Assembly: GCA_018335675.1 (NCBI GenBank)
Contig: JAGXRQ010000017.1
Coordinates: forward strand, 8,051-72,050
Source of the DNA: Bacteroidota bacterium
GTDB lineage: Bacteria > Bacteroidota > Bacteroidia > Bacteroidales > UBA7960
Direction of reading: 5' to 3'
DNA: 64,000 bases
The notes beneath the pieces are model-generated. The model made no database searches. It worked only from the letters and a program-made list of their open reading frames with translations, and had not been told where the DNA came from. Made by a program: the position numbers and the translations under genes. Of the stretch, positions 40,606 through 49,735 are shown one piece after another. Numbering within the stretch: the first letter of the stretch is position 1; each line of letters starts with the position of its first letter.

Positions 40606-42984
40606 TCAAAAACTAACCTTAATAGTAGCCATTGGATAAAACCCCATTTTATAGGTTTGGATAATTTCTCCTGTTATAAGATCTAGCCTATCGATATACA
40701 CATTTGTATAATTTGTTCTGTATTGCAAGTCGAATGCAGTTTCGATGCTGTATTTTTTTTCATTGCGCCTCATACCTATTCTAAGACTAATTCTTTTATA
40801 ATCCTCTCTTTTCACAGTATAAGCATTTGCCCAATCGTAAATTACTTTTCTATTTTCAACTGAAGCTTCAATATCATATGGCACATAAGGCATTCCACCT
40901 GCATATGTCATATTAATGCCAATATTAGCTGAACGGTTTCTTTTTGGGGCTATAAATTCGTATCCTACTAAAAGGTTAAAAGCATAATTTCCATTAAAAG
41001 CAGTGTTTCTTTTTATACCATCTGCACCGGTATATTTTGATTCAAATAATGAACCCGAAAGTAAAGCAAAGTAGTTTTTACTCCAGAATTTCTCAAAAGT
41101 TAACTCTACCCCATAATTCTCACCTGTTCCAATATTTTGCAGGTTATCTTTTCTTTCGATGTAGTATTCTGCGCCGTAATTGATAATTGAATAAACTGAG
41201 TCTGTAACAGAAACGGGCACATTAAACAGATACTGATAATAAGCTTCAAGTTTAACTCTAAGGTCTGAAGTTATGATATAATCATAGCCAAAAACATTAT
41301 GCCAGCTGCGTGTAAACTTCAAGTCTTTGTTTGTATAAAGACTGCCATTATTATCGCTTAAAACATAATAAGCCATTAATTGCTGCATTTGGCTGTATAA
41401 CCCTGACCCAATGCTAAATGTATGTCGTGGTAAAACATTATAGCTTACATTAATCCTGGGCTCTGCAACAACCTCACCAGTATGCTCAAGCATTTGAGCG
41501 TTTAACCCAACATAGGTCGTTATTTTAGGAGTAATTCTATGTAATAAATCGCTATAGACCCTGTACAACCTCAATGTTTCATTTTTGGCCATTACATTAT
41601 GAACATATCTATTATAAACAAATTGGCTATCAACAAAATTGAGAAAATAATTATCGGCATACAACCCAACAGAGAAATCTGTTTTGGAGGAAAACTTATG
41701 CTTAAACTGAGTTCTCAAAGAATACTTCATTTGGTCTGACATTTCTCTGGCATAAGGGAAGGGATCAACATAAGTAATATTAAATGTATCAACAGCATTA
41801 TAAAGCTGGCTTCCTGATATATAAAACGTAGTTGTGAACAGACTTTTTGCGCCATGGGAGATGTTATGATTTACTCCTATAACCCCCATTCTATATACAT
41901 TTACAATATCTTCACTATAAGATGAAAAAATCCAATTTTCATGTTTTTTTCTAGAGTCAATCAATTCAATTTTACTGTCGCCTCTAAGCCCAACCAGAGA
42001 AAAAGTTCCTGCAGATTTTGTTGGAAAGTTTAGTTTAAAAGAAAAATCGTGATAAAATGCAGCTTCAGGAATTCTAATATTAAACCTTGTTAGAAGATCA
42101 ACCACAGAATATCTGTAACTCATAATGTATGATGCATTATTTAGATGAGGCAGTGGCCCCTCAGTTCCAAATTCAAGACCATTCCATCCGAGTTGAGCCC
42201 AATGCTCATAAGAATAAGCATTCCCATTTCGCAGTTTAAGATCAAACACTCCGGCAATAGAATTGCTGAATTCAGCAGGATAGTTACTTGTAAGAAAGTC
42301 TGAGTTGCCAAGCAAATTAGTGTTCACAATCGTAATAGGGCCTCCGGTAGAACCTGTTGCTCCAAAATGGTTTGGGTTAGGAATTTCCATTCCATCAACT
42401 TTCCAGATTAATCCGCTGGGCGAATTACCTCTAATAATAATATCGTTGCGATTGTCGCGGACAGGCATTACACCGGCATAATTTGCAGCCATACGCGCAG
42501 GGTCGCCGTAGCTTCCGGCATATTTTGTTGTTTCTTCAAGCGAAAATGAGCGGGAAGAAACAATGGCCCTCATATTAATTGGCTTATCTTTTTGAGCAAA
42601 TGACTGAATTGTTACTTCTTCGAGGTTATATACCGCTTCTTTAAGGTTCTGATTTATAACAAGTTCTTTCCCGCTTATAAGATGCATCCTTTCCAAAGTG
42701 AATACTTCATAACCCACCATAGAAAACCTGATATTATAATAACCTACAAGCATATTTGCAAAAACAAAGTAGCCGTTATCATCGGTAATTCTATACTCAA
42801 TTTTATCATTTGAAGAAAGCTGAACTGTAACTCCCGGCAAAGGGAATCCTGCAGAATGGTCAACAACACGCCCCCTGATATTCTGATAAAGCTTACCCTT
42901 TGGGATAGTATCATTTTCCTGAGCAAAAGAATTCAGGCTTACTGACAAAAGAGCAAATAAAAGGATATGATAAGCCTTTTTCAT
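40606..42984 (-). CDS. TonB-dependent-receptor-type outer-membrane protein with an N-terminal carboxypeptidase-regulatory-like domain
   Basis: Signal peptide, CarboxypepD_reg-like GRVVDHSAGFPLPGVTVQL, a plug-like region (GDPARMAANYAGV, RNDIIIRGNSPSGLIWKVDGMEIPNPNHFG) and a terminal aromatic residue (TIKVSF). Confidence 0.8.
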   Translation of the reverse strand: MKKAYHILLFALLSVSLNSFAQENDTIPKGKLYQNIRGRVVDHSAGFPLPGVTVQLSSNDKIEYRITDDNGYFVFANMLVGYYNIRFSMVGYEVFTLERMHLISGKELVINQNLKEAVYNLEEVTIQSFAQKDKPINMRAIVSSRSFSLEETTKYAGSYGDPARMAANYAGVMPVRDNRNDIIIRGNSPSGLIWKVDGMEIPNPNHFGATGSTGGPITIVNTNLLGNSDFLTSNYPAEFSNSIAGVFDLKLRNGNAYSYEHWAQLGWNGLEFGTEGPLPHLNNASYIMSYRYSVVDLLTRFNIRIPEAAFYHDFSFKLNFPTKSAGTFSLVGLRGDSKIELIDSRKKHENWIFSSYSEDIVNVYRMGVIGVNHNISHGAKSLFTTTFYISGSQLYNAVDTFNITYVDPFPYAREMSDQMKYSLRTQFKHKFSSKTDFSVGLYADNYFLNFVDSQFVYNRYVHNVMAKNETLRLYRVYSDLLHRITPKITTYVGLNAQMLEHTGEVVAEPRINVSYNVLPRHTFSIGSGLYSQMQQLMAYYVLSDNNGSLYTNKDLKFTRSWHNVFGYDYIITSDLRVKLEAYYQYLFNVPVSVTDSVYSIINYGAEYYIERKDNLQNIGTGENYGVELTFEKFWSKNYFALLSGSLFESKYTGADGIKRNTAFNGNYAFNLLVGYEFIAPKRNRSANIGINMTYAGGMPYVPYDIEASVENRKVIYDWANAYTVKREDYKRISLRIGMRRNEKKYSIETAFDLQYRTNYTNVYIDRLDLITGEIIQTYKMGFYPMATIKVSF

Positions 42985-43005
42985 CTTGCGGGGTTGTTTA
43001 TAAAA

Positions 43006-43395
43006 TTAATCGGAAATCATTTCAACCACCTTCTCTCGGGCAATTCTTTCCCAGCGTGGTTCAGAAAATAGACCATTGTCTATTTTAAAATGCACAATAT
43101 CGAAAGTTTCATGCAAAAATTCATACTTCGACCCAACATCAGGTGTATGCAGTATAAAAAATAATTCCTCAGGTTTAATTTTTTTATCCTGTGTAATAAT
43201 CTCAGCAAGTTTGGGGCAATATTCTGTTACTGAAGTTCCGGGGTTATCTTCATAAAGCTCTGTAATAATTGCTATTGTCTGATTATTCTTGATTACAATT
43301 TTTAATCCGCATTTAGAAGGCAGCCCCCATAATCCGGCATAATCATAAACTTCATCAACAAAATTCTTTTCCTTATCTCTGATAATTTGTCCCAT
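43006..43395 (-). CDS. Hypothetical 129-aa cytoplasmic protein, translationally coupled to the radical SAM gene
   Basis: Its ATG lies 1 nt from the radical SAM stop. No signal peptide and no recognisable motif. Confidence 0.6.
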   Translation of the reverse strand: MGQIIRDKEKNFVDEVYDYAGLWGLPSKCGLKIVIKNNQTIAIITELYEDNPGTSVTEYCPKLAEIITQDKKIKPEELFFILHTPDVGSKYEFLHETFDIVHFKIDNGLFSEPRWERIAREKVVEMISD

Positions 43396-43396
43396 A

Positions 43397-44662
43397 CTAA
43401 CGATCTATATTTTTTCCAAAACTTTTCTGTACAAGGTCGTCTCTTCTTGATCGATAAGTTCCGTCGCGCATTTCCTTATCAATCACTTTCATCATCATTT
43501 TGAACATTTTCTGTTCCTGAGTTTCTTTAGCATAAAAGGTATCCCACGCATAATAATACAATTCCTGTAGTCTTTCCGGCGACATATGTTTAGGCTTGAA
43601 AACAACTTTTCCGGCATTGTAATTATTCCAATCTTTATCAATAATTCTACCTTCTTTCAAAAAATCATCATAAGCTTTTGTGTGTCTGAATGGAGTAAGA
43701 ACTGTAAATTCAGCAAGGTCAACATTAATCTCTAAAAGAAAATCTATTAGCCTTAGAATATCATCTTCAGTTTGATTGTCCATTCCAAGGAGGATTGTAC
43801 CTTCTACAAGTATTCCATAATCGTGATATCTTTTAACTCTTTCCTTAATATAGTCAGAAGTGTCAAAAACTGCCTGATACACATACCACGCGCCAGCTTG
43901 AGCTGCAAGGTCGAGCACTTCGGGTTTATCTTCGATAGTGTGGCTGCACCATTTCTTTTTTAAAGGTATCATAGCCTTAAAAAGATCTTTTTCCCACTGT
44001 GTATCCTGAGCTAAAGAGTTATCAACGATAAACAACCTGTTATTATAAATCTGTGCAAGCTCTTCAACAACTTTATCGATTGGTCGGGGTCTAAACTGTC
44101 TTCCACCAAGGAATGTTACACAACAAGGATAACATGCATACTTACAACCTCTTGATGCATGAAATAAGTCGACCATTTGCACTCCTTTATGATAGTACAG
44201 CTCTCTTTTCAGGATATCTCTGCGCGCAGGACCAATTAGCTCAATATTGGGGTGCTGATACATATAATTGTATAATGGCTTAAGTTGATTCTTTTTAAAA
44301 TCATCAAAAACTTCATGAAGCCTTCCCTCAACTTCACCCATAAAAATACTATCGGCATGTTGCATAGTTTCTTCGGCATGAAGCATGGTAGAGATACCTC
44401 CGAAAATAACTTTTTTACCAAGCTTTCTATATTCATCCGCTATCTCCCACCCTCTTTTCACCTGTGATGTAAGCATAACAGAGATTCCGACAAAATCAGC
44501 ATCATCTTTAATAACAAGAGGCTCAACGTTTTCGTCAATAAAATCAACTTCAACGTAATCAGGCAATGCAGCCGCCATTACAACAGGACCGTGAGGAGGC
44601 AAGTTAAAATGAGTTTGTCTCTCAAGCTTTGTCCATTTTGGATATATTAATTTAAACTTCAT
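43397..44662 (-). CDS. B12-binding-domain radical SAM enzyme (class B type)
   Basis: N-terminal Rossmann-like B12-type domain (DFVGISVMLTSQ...KVIFGG) and a CxxxCxxC cluster motif in SRGCKYACYPCCV. 421 aa. Confidence 0.8.
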   Translation of the reverse strand: MKFKLIYPKWTKLERQTHFNLPPHGPVVMAAALPDYVEVDFIDENVEPLVIKDDADFVGISVMLTSQVKRGWEIADEYRKLGKKVIFGGISTMLHAEETMQHADSIFMGEVEGRLHEVFDDFKKNQLKPLYNYMYQHPNIELIGPARRDILKRELYYHKGVQMVDLFHASRGCKYACYPCCVTFLGGRQFRPRPIDKVVEELAQIYNNRLFIVDNSLAQDTQWEKDLFKAMIPLKKKWCSHTIEDKPEVLDLAAQAGAWYVYQAVFDTSDYIKERVKRYHDYGILVEGTILLGMDNQTEDDILRLIDFLLEINVDLAEFTVLTPFRHTKAYDDFLKEGRIIDKDWNNYNAGKVVFKPKHMSPERLQELYYYAWDTFYAKETQEQKMFKMMMKVIDKEMRDGTYRSRRDDLVQKSFGKNIDR

Positions 44663-45734
44663 AATTATAGCTATTCATAAATTTATTACATCCTTCCCTA
44701 ATCAAATCAACCTTATCTTGTTCAAGAACGTATTTGTTCTTTTCATATGTTTTTACGCTTAATAAAAATTCTCTGACATTTTTTTCAAATTCATCAGAAA
44801 AACTCAAATTAAGATTTGAGTATAATTTCTTCAAAACCCCGACTGTATCAGCTTCGAGCTCATCAAACCTAACTTTGCAGTAACTTTCACTATCTAAATC
44901 TTTGGTTTGTAGTTTTATGCTTCCCCATAATGAATTAAACATATCAATAGCACTCTGATATGAAATATCAGTCCATTTCCCTGCAAGCAAATTTTGAGAT
45001 CCAACAATATTCCACATTCTAATTGTGCTGGGAATTACTTCCAATGGATTTCTATGAATATGAATAAATTTTGCATTTGGAAACAACGCTTTCAAATGCC
45101 TAACTCTGTATGAGTGAAAAGGATTTTTAAAAAGAGCTATCCCATTATTTTTATAAACAAGCTTTGATACAAAATGAGAAAAAGACTTCTCCCAATTTTC
45201 CGATAACCTTTCATTTTCCATAGAAACTTTAAGATCGGCGAGAAAGTCATTGTTATTTCTTCTGAAAAAAATCTTCTCTAGTGCAGTCCCCTTAACAAGC
45301 TTCACAATAGCGTATTCATCTTCCTGTGGTTCATCAGGACCAAGCTTTACATTATCCATTGGTCTTTTCTCCCCAATAACTTTCGACATAATTTTTCTGA
45401 AATAATTCTCAGACACCAAAAAGCTATCCGGCACAGAAACCTGAACCACAGATGGAGTAACAAACTGAGGGTCAAGCGACATCAATTGATGGAGGAAGGT
45501 ACTTCCTGTTCGCCAATGCCCAATAATAAAAACAGGGCCACAATCATAGTGTTTAGGAAATTTCTTTCTGTTGAATTTTAAAAGTTCAACTCTTTTAAAA
45601 ATAGATGCCCAAATACTTCCTTGCAATAAGAAAAGAAATCTCCCAAAAAAAGCGGGAGATACTCCTTTATTCCTAACGACCATGCTGAATAGCTTGCCGA
45701 AAGTTATTACACTAAGCAAGTATGAGTGCTTCAT
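44652..45734 (-). CDS. Sulfotransferase family protein
   Basis: PAPS 5'-phosphosulfate-binding loop IIGHWRTGSTFLHQL plus downstream RNP/HR elements. It overlaps the radical SAM start by 11 nt. Confidence 0.75.
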   Translation of the reverse strand: MKHSYLLSVITFGKLFSMVVRNKGVSPAFFGRFLFLLQGSIWASIFKRVELLKFNRKKFPKHYDCGPVFIIGHWRTGSTFLHQLMSLDPQFVTPSVVQVSVPDSFLVSENYFRKIMSKVIGEKRPMDNVKLGPDEPQEDEYAIVKLVKGTALEKIFFRRNNNDFLADLKVSMENERLSENWEKSFSHFVSKLVYKNNGIALFKNPFHSYRVRHLKALFPNAKFIHIHRNPLEVIPSTIRMWNIVGSQNLLAGKWTDISYQSAIDMFNSLWGSIKLQTKDLDSESYCKVRFDELEADTVGVLKKLYSNLNLSFSDEFEKNVREFLLSVKTYEKNKYVLEQDKVDLIREGCNKFMNSYNYEV

Positions 45735-45742
45735 TTCTGATG

Positions 45743-46030
45743 TTATTTTTCTACATTATCCAATTCCTTCTCAAGAAAATCAGCAATTGTATCAATAGAT
45801 TCCAAAATAACTCTTGCAAGGTTTTGGTCTGCTATTCTAACATTATATTTTTGCTGAACTGCAAGAATTATCTCAATTGCATCAATAGAGTCGAGTCCAA
45901 GTGGATTGTCTTGACCAAAAAGAGGTGCATTGCTGGGAACTTCAGCAGCTGTTACATGAGTAATTTTTAAGACTTCAATAATCAGTTCGGTTATTTCCTT
46001 TTTTAAATTATTTTTTTCTTCGGCATTCAT
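45743..46030 (-). CDS. Acyl carrier protein
   Basis: 95 aa with the phosphopantetheine attachment motif LGLDSIDAIEI. Confidence 0.85.
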   Translation of the reverse strand: MNAEEKNNLKKEITELIIEVLKITHVTAAEVPSNAPLFGQDNPLGLDSIDAIEIILAVQQKYNVRIADQNLARVILESIDTIADFLEKELDNVEK

Positions 46031-46048
46031 AATAAACTAATTTTTACA

Positions 46049-47053
46049 TTAAACCATTTTTTTAAGATCTGTGAAGAATGATTTTTCTTCATCTCCCCTT
46101 TTTCTAATTAACTCACTCAGTTCTGCCAGCTTGTCGGGGCCAAGATCTCTATTTTTCCCAATTTTTGCGGCGAAGTAAGAAATTTTTCTCCATTCATCGC
46201 CGTTAAGCATCATTCTTTTCGACATATCTGCCAGATTATTATTGCCTAAGATTTCAGATGCTTGTTGCAGAAAAGAAGCGTACATAAATCTAAAACCTGC
46301 ACCACCGGTGCCCTGATCTTCGAGAAGAATATTAATTTTCATTATTTCGTGTGAAAGATGTTCGGTATCTCTTGCGAGCAGAGGCCATTCCTTAACTTTA
46401 TTGGCAAATTTATAAATTCCTTTAACTCCAATAAAAGGCACAGGCAATCCTATCATATTTCTACAAGCATTCTTAATCCCTTTGATAATAGGCTTTCTGA
46501 AATCAATCTCAGTAGGCACTTTTTCAGGGTAGAACAAAAACCCTTTAGGAGGCATGTGTCCGCCAGCCCAACGTGCTTTTCGCATTGACTCTTTTTTAAG
46601 CTCGCTAATTTTAGGATAATAACTATCACTTACAACATAGTAATCGTCCTTTATACCGGTAACAAGAATAAAGTGAACATTGATATGAACTCTTTGCCAA
46701 TCAGGCATATAGTCCATGTAAAAGAAATCCACTTGAGCCGCAGTAGGAATATTATTAAGAATCAACTTATCAAGAGCAGCTTCACCTTTTGCAACATCTT
46801 TATAAGTGTTTTCTTTAAGTTTAATTCCCAATCTGGAAGTAATGTTTTTTCTAATCTGCCCGGGTCTGCTTCTAACAATAAATGTTGGAAAAGGGAAGTT
46901 ATCAGTTTCCAGATAACCGAAAAAGATACCGTTTGCAATTCCAAAAACCAGAGGTTCGGTAATTTTCAAACCGGAATAATTAAATAAGGCTGTCAGAGTG
47001 CCTGTTTCGCAGTGGGCAGCCATTCTATGTTGAAAATCAATAATATTATTCAT
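46049..47053 (-). CDS. BtrH-like protein (BtrH N-terminal papain-like domain + DUF4872-like C-terminus); putative ACP-dependent acyl/amide transferase
   Basis: N-terminal MAAHCETGTLTALFNYSGLKITEPLVFGIANGIFFGY matches the HCE(S/T)G catalytic-Cys motif of BtrH_N as I recall it. An ACP gene lies adjacent. Confidence 0.6.
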   Translation of the reverse strand: MNNIIDFQHRMAAHCETGTLTALFNYSGLKITEPLVFGIANGIFFGYLETDNFPFPTFIVRSRPGQIRKNITSRLGIKLKENTYKDVAKGEAALDKLILNNIPTAAQVDFFYMDYMPDWQRVHINVHFILVTGIKDDYYVVSDSYYPKISELKKESMRKARWAGGHMPPKGFLFYPEKVPTEIDFRKPIIKGIKNACRNMIGLPVPFIGVKGIYKFANKVKEWPLLARDTEHLSHEIMKINILLEDQGTGGAGFRFMYASFLQQASEILGNNNLADMSKRMMLNGDEWRKISYFAAKIGKNRDLGPDKLAELSELIRKRGDEEKSFFTDLKKMV

Positions 47054-47080
47054 CAGAAGTAACGATATTATATAAAAAAC

Positions 47081-47554
47081 TTATTTCTTAACTCCAATTT
47101 TAAATAACTCAAAGCAATCGTTTTTAGTTTTCATCTTTTCGATTTCCAGATTGCTTTTATCATCTTCTTTAACGATTATAACCTGAAGCATAGAAGACAA
47201 AGGCACATCAAACACGTCTGCATATTTTTTTAGCATAGCAAGCGAAAGTTTTTTAAATCCTTGAGGTTTAAAATGTTTTTTTAATGTGAATTTAAAAACG
47301 CCAACCCTAGATGCAAGATCACCTATTCCCATCTCTTGTAACAGCATATAATAATAAACAGGACTAATTTCATTATTAGCAATTTGGTCTCTTAAGCTCT
47401 TTTCAAGATTTTTCCTCTTAGCATAAAAATCGTCAAGATAATCATGTGAAAGCTGTGAACCACTAACCACAGGGCCATAAGAACTGTCGTCCTTTTCCAC
47501 ATAATAGACTGCTTGTTGAGGCTTAAAATCAACATAAAGTTCTTTTTCTTTCAT
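47081..47554 (-). CDS. Small protein with a predicted XRE-like helix-turn-helix region; first gene of the accessory operon
   Basis: 157 aa. The central segment MGIGDLASRVGVFKFTLKKHFKPQGFKKLSLAMLKKYADVFDVPLSSML looks like an HTH_3-type fold. This is pattern recognition only. Confidence 0.4.
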   Translation of the reverse strand: MKEKELYVDFKPQQAVYYVEKDDSSYGPVVSGSQLSHDYLDDFYAKRKNLEKSLRDQIANNEISPVYYYMLLQEMGIGDLASRVGVFKFTLKKHFKPQGFKKLSLAMLKKYADVFDVPLSSMLQVIIVKEDDKSNLEIEKMKTKNDCFELFKIGVKK

Positions 47555-47595
47555 AGGGAAATACTCTTAGGGTTGTTTAAATTTAAAAAGTATGG

Positions 47596-47603
47596 CAAAA
47601 ATA
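47596..47603 (-). promoter_or_regulatory. Candidate -7 promoter box (TATTTTTG) for the accessory operon
   Basis: The minus strand reads TATTTTTGCCATAC, about 42 nt upstream of the ATG at 47554. Confidence 0.45.
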
Positions 47604-47619
47604 GTTATAAAAAAAGGTT

Positions 47620-47726
47620 CCACGCAAATTACGCAAAATTTAAAAGCGCAAAAGTGCGCAAAGTTTACAGATTATTAACTACTCTATGAATATCATTTTC
47701 TGTCATTGCCTTTGCGGCTTTTGCGA
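47620..47726. promoter_or_regulatory. Operator-like array: four direct CGCAAA(A) copies plus an inverted pair
   Basis: CACGCAAATTACGCAAAATT...AGCGCAAAAGTGCGCAAAG carries copies spaced about 10 bp apart. CTTTGCGGCTTTTGCG, about 45 nt further on, is the near-perfect reverse complement of CGCAAAAG-N-CGCAAAG. Confidence 0.5.
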
Positions 47727-47747
47727 GGTAAAAAAAATTTTATGATA

Positions 47748-48215
47748 CTAATTACCCATTATTTTTTTTGCAAATGCAACAACTTGTTCATTTCTTATGT
47801 TCGATGTTTTAGTTGATACGCCGGTAAGCTCTAAAATTACTTTCCTTTCAAATTCCATTAGTAGTTCAGGGTCAATCTCACCTCCGAAACATTCTAAAAT
47901 AACTTTATCATCAGGCTTTTCCGGCAAAATTTTATTAATAAATTCAATATAATTTTTCTCATCCCAGCATAATACAAACACACCAAATAACCTAGGTTTT
48001 ATTGCATCCCAGTTCTTTTTTAGAAAGTTCCTCATATCTCTGGTGGTAGAACCGGCATATATGGGAATTCCTATAATAATTTTGTCGAAAGATTCAATAT
48101 TTTGAATATCCGACAAGGTTGAAAACGCAAATGCATTATCGCAGTTATCAGCAATTTTTTCAGCAACCCTTTTTGTGCTGCCATATTTTGAAGTATATAT
48201 AACAGCTATTTTCAT
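47748..48215 (-). CDS. Flavodoxin-fold protein (flavodoxin_5 / HemG-like)
   Basis: MKIAVIYTSKYGSTKRVAEKIA is an FMN phosphate-loop-like start. 155 aa. ATGA overlap with the upstream dehydratase gene. Confidence 0.7.
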   Translation of the reverse strand: MKIAVIYTSKYGSTKRVAEKIADNCDNAFAFSTLSDIQNIESFDKIIIGIPIYAGSTTRDMRNFLKKNWDAIKPRLFGVFVLCWDEKNYIEFINKILPEKPDDKVILECFGGEIDPELLMEFERKVILELTGVSTKTSNIRNEQVVAFAKKIMGN

Positions 48216-48634
48216 TGCTGCTGCAAAAATATATTCATATCACATTCAGCTATAACTTTACCATTATACAACACAGAACCATGTATAATTGTTGCATTCA
48301 TAACTTCGCTGACAATATCAACTGTAGTAATAATTTCACCATTTACAGCAGGCCTTTCAACAACAGTAAGTTTTTTAACAGCGCCAATAAATCCCGGTAT
48401 TACTGGTTTATTATTACTAATACAATTATACCCAACACCGGCTGCAGCAGTTTGAGCTATATTTTCAATAAGTCCGCTTTCCGAGAGCATATTCTCTTCA
48501 ACAAGAGGATTATCTGAAATGATTTTATAACCAGAAACAATCTTAGTTCCATTGGCTTCTATAAGCCTATCGATAAAGACAAAAGGAGGTCTTTGGGGAA
48601 TATATTTTAATATTTCCTCACCTTGAGCAAGCAT
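48212..48634 (-). CDS. Hotdog-fold 3-hydroxyacyl-ACP dehydratase (aryl-polyene ApeI-like)
   Basis: The IPQRPPFVFIDRL motif is typical of the FabZ/FabA-like dehydratases of APE clusters. The ORF-track start at 48655 is a TTG overlapping the methyltransferase. The ATG at 48634 lies 2 nt after that gene's stop. Confidence 0.75.
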   Translation of the reverse strand: MLAQGEEILKYIPQRPPFVFIDRLIEANGTKIVSGYKIISDNPLVEENMLSESGLIENIAQTAAAGVGYNCISNNKPVIPGFIGAVKKLTVVERPAVNGEIITTVDIVSEVMNATIIHGSVLYNGKVIAECDMNIFLQQQ

Positions 48635-48636
48635 AA

Positions 48637-49707
48637 TTATTTTTTTGGTTTGCAAATAAACATTGTATGGCTAACACCAATGTTGTCCACAGCTTTCTCA
48701 ACATACATTCCTGCTTTATCAACAAGTTTATACATATCGTCGGAATGATACATCTGGCTACATCCATTTGCAATGCAGGTAAAATATAAGGAAGTGGCGT
48801 GCAGACTGTACATTGCCGCATCATATTTCTGTTTGTCCCAATAAGTTTCGAGAATATATAACGCGCCATCAGGACTAAGAGCATTTTTGCCTCTAGTGAT
48901 TAGATGTAAAATATCTTCTTGAGAAAAGCAATCTAAGAACTGGCTCATCCAAACCGCATCATAACCTGTAGGGAAAGGTTTTGAAGAGTCGAGTAAATTC
49001 ATTGCATGTCCGTTAATCCTATCGGAGAAGCCATGATTTTCGATGTTTTTATATGCGTCATTAAGCTGTCCGGGAAGGTCTAGAATTGTCACATTTACAT
49101 CAGCGTCAAACTCACAACACTTAATTGAAAACTTACCTGTATTGCCACCAACATCTAGAATCTTCTTTGGTTTTCTCTCAAAAATAATTGGCAAAGCTTC
49201 AGGGAAAGCATTATCAGAATAATAATGATCAAAAGCGAACCAGCTTTTTCTAACCTGTGCTGGCAGATGCGCAAGAGCTTCATAAACAGTATCCCATTTA
49301 CCAAAGACCTTCAAACCTTCAGGCTTTCCATTTTTTATTGATTCTTCCAGCTCGTAAAAACCAAGATAATTTACGTCATGCGTAAAATCCAAGTTTACTG
49401 TTGTTAGAGAGTCATTTTGAACAAACCAACCGGTTTTAGTTAAGAAGAACTTATCGTCTTTAACATAGACTATTTCCAGACTAATACCTGCTTCAAGCAA
49501 AACTTTTGCTCCATAAACAGAAATTTTGCAATTTTGGGCAACTTCTTCAATAGTTAATCCTATTTTTCTGTTTTTATCCAGAGTATCTAGTATGCCTAAA
49601 TTTCTCATTGATTTTGCAGCCTGAAACATAATGGGAGCAAAGGCTATTTTCTGAGCGTCAAATTTGGCTTGTACTGCCGACTTTTCGTCTGATCCGTAGT
49701 TCTTCAT
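48637..49707 (-). CDS. SAM-dependent O-methyltransferase (Methyltransf_2-like with N-terminal dimerisation domain)
   Basis: SAM motif ILDVGGNTGKF. Start placed at the internal ATG (MKNYGSDEKS), 28 nt after the upstream gene's stop. The longer ORF-track N-terminus overlaps that gene. Confidence 0.8.
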   Translation of the reverse strand: MKNYGSDEKSAVQAKFDAQKIAFAPIMFQAAKSMRNLGILDTLDKNRKIGLTIEEVAQNCKISVYGAKVLLEAGISLEIVYVKDDKFFLTKTGWFVQNDSLTTVNLDFTHDVNYLGFYELEESIKNGKPEGLKVFGKWDTVYEALAHLPAQVRKSWFAFDHYYSDNAFPEALPIIFERKPKKILDVGGNTGKFSIKCCEFDADVNVTILDLPGQLNDAYKNIENHGFSDRINGHAMNLLDSSKPFPTGYDAVWMSQFLDCFSQEDILHLITRGKNALSPDGALYILETYWDKQKYDAAMYSLHATSLYFTCIANGCSQMYHSDDMYKLVDKAGMYVEKAVDNIGVSHTMFICKPKK

Positions 49708-49735
49708 TCTAATAGTATTAAATATTAACAAACAA

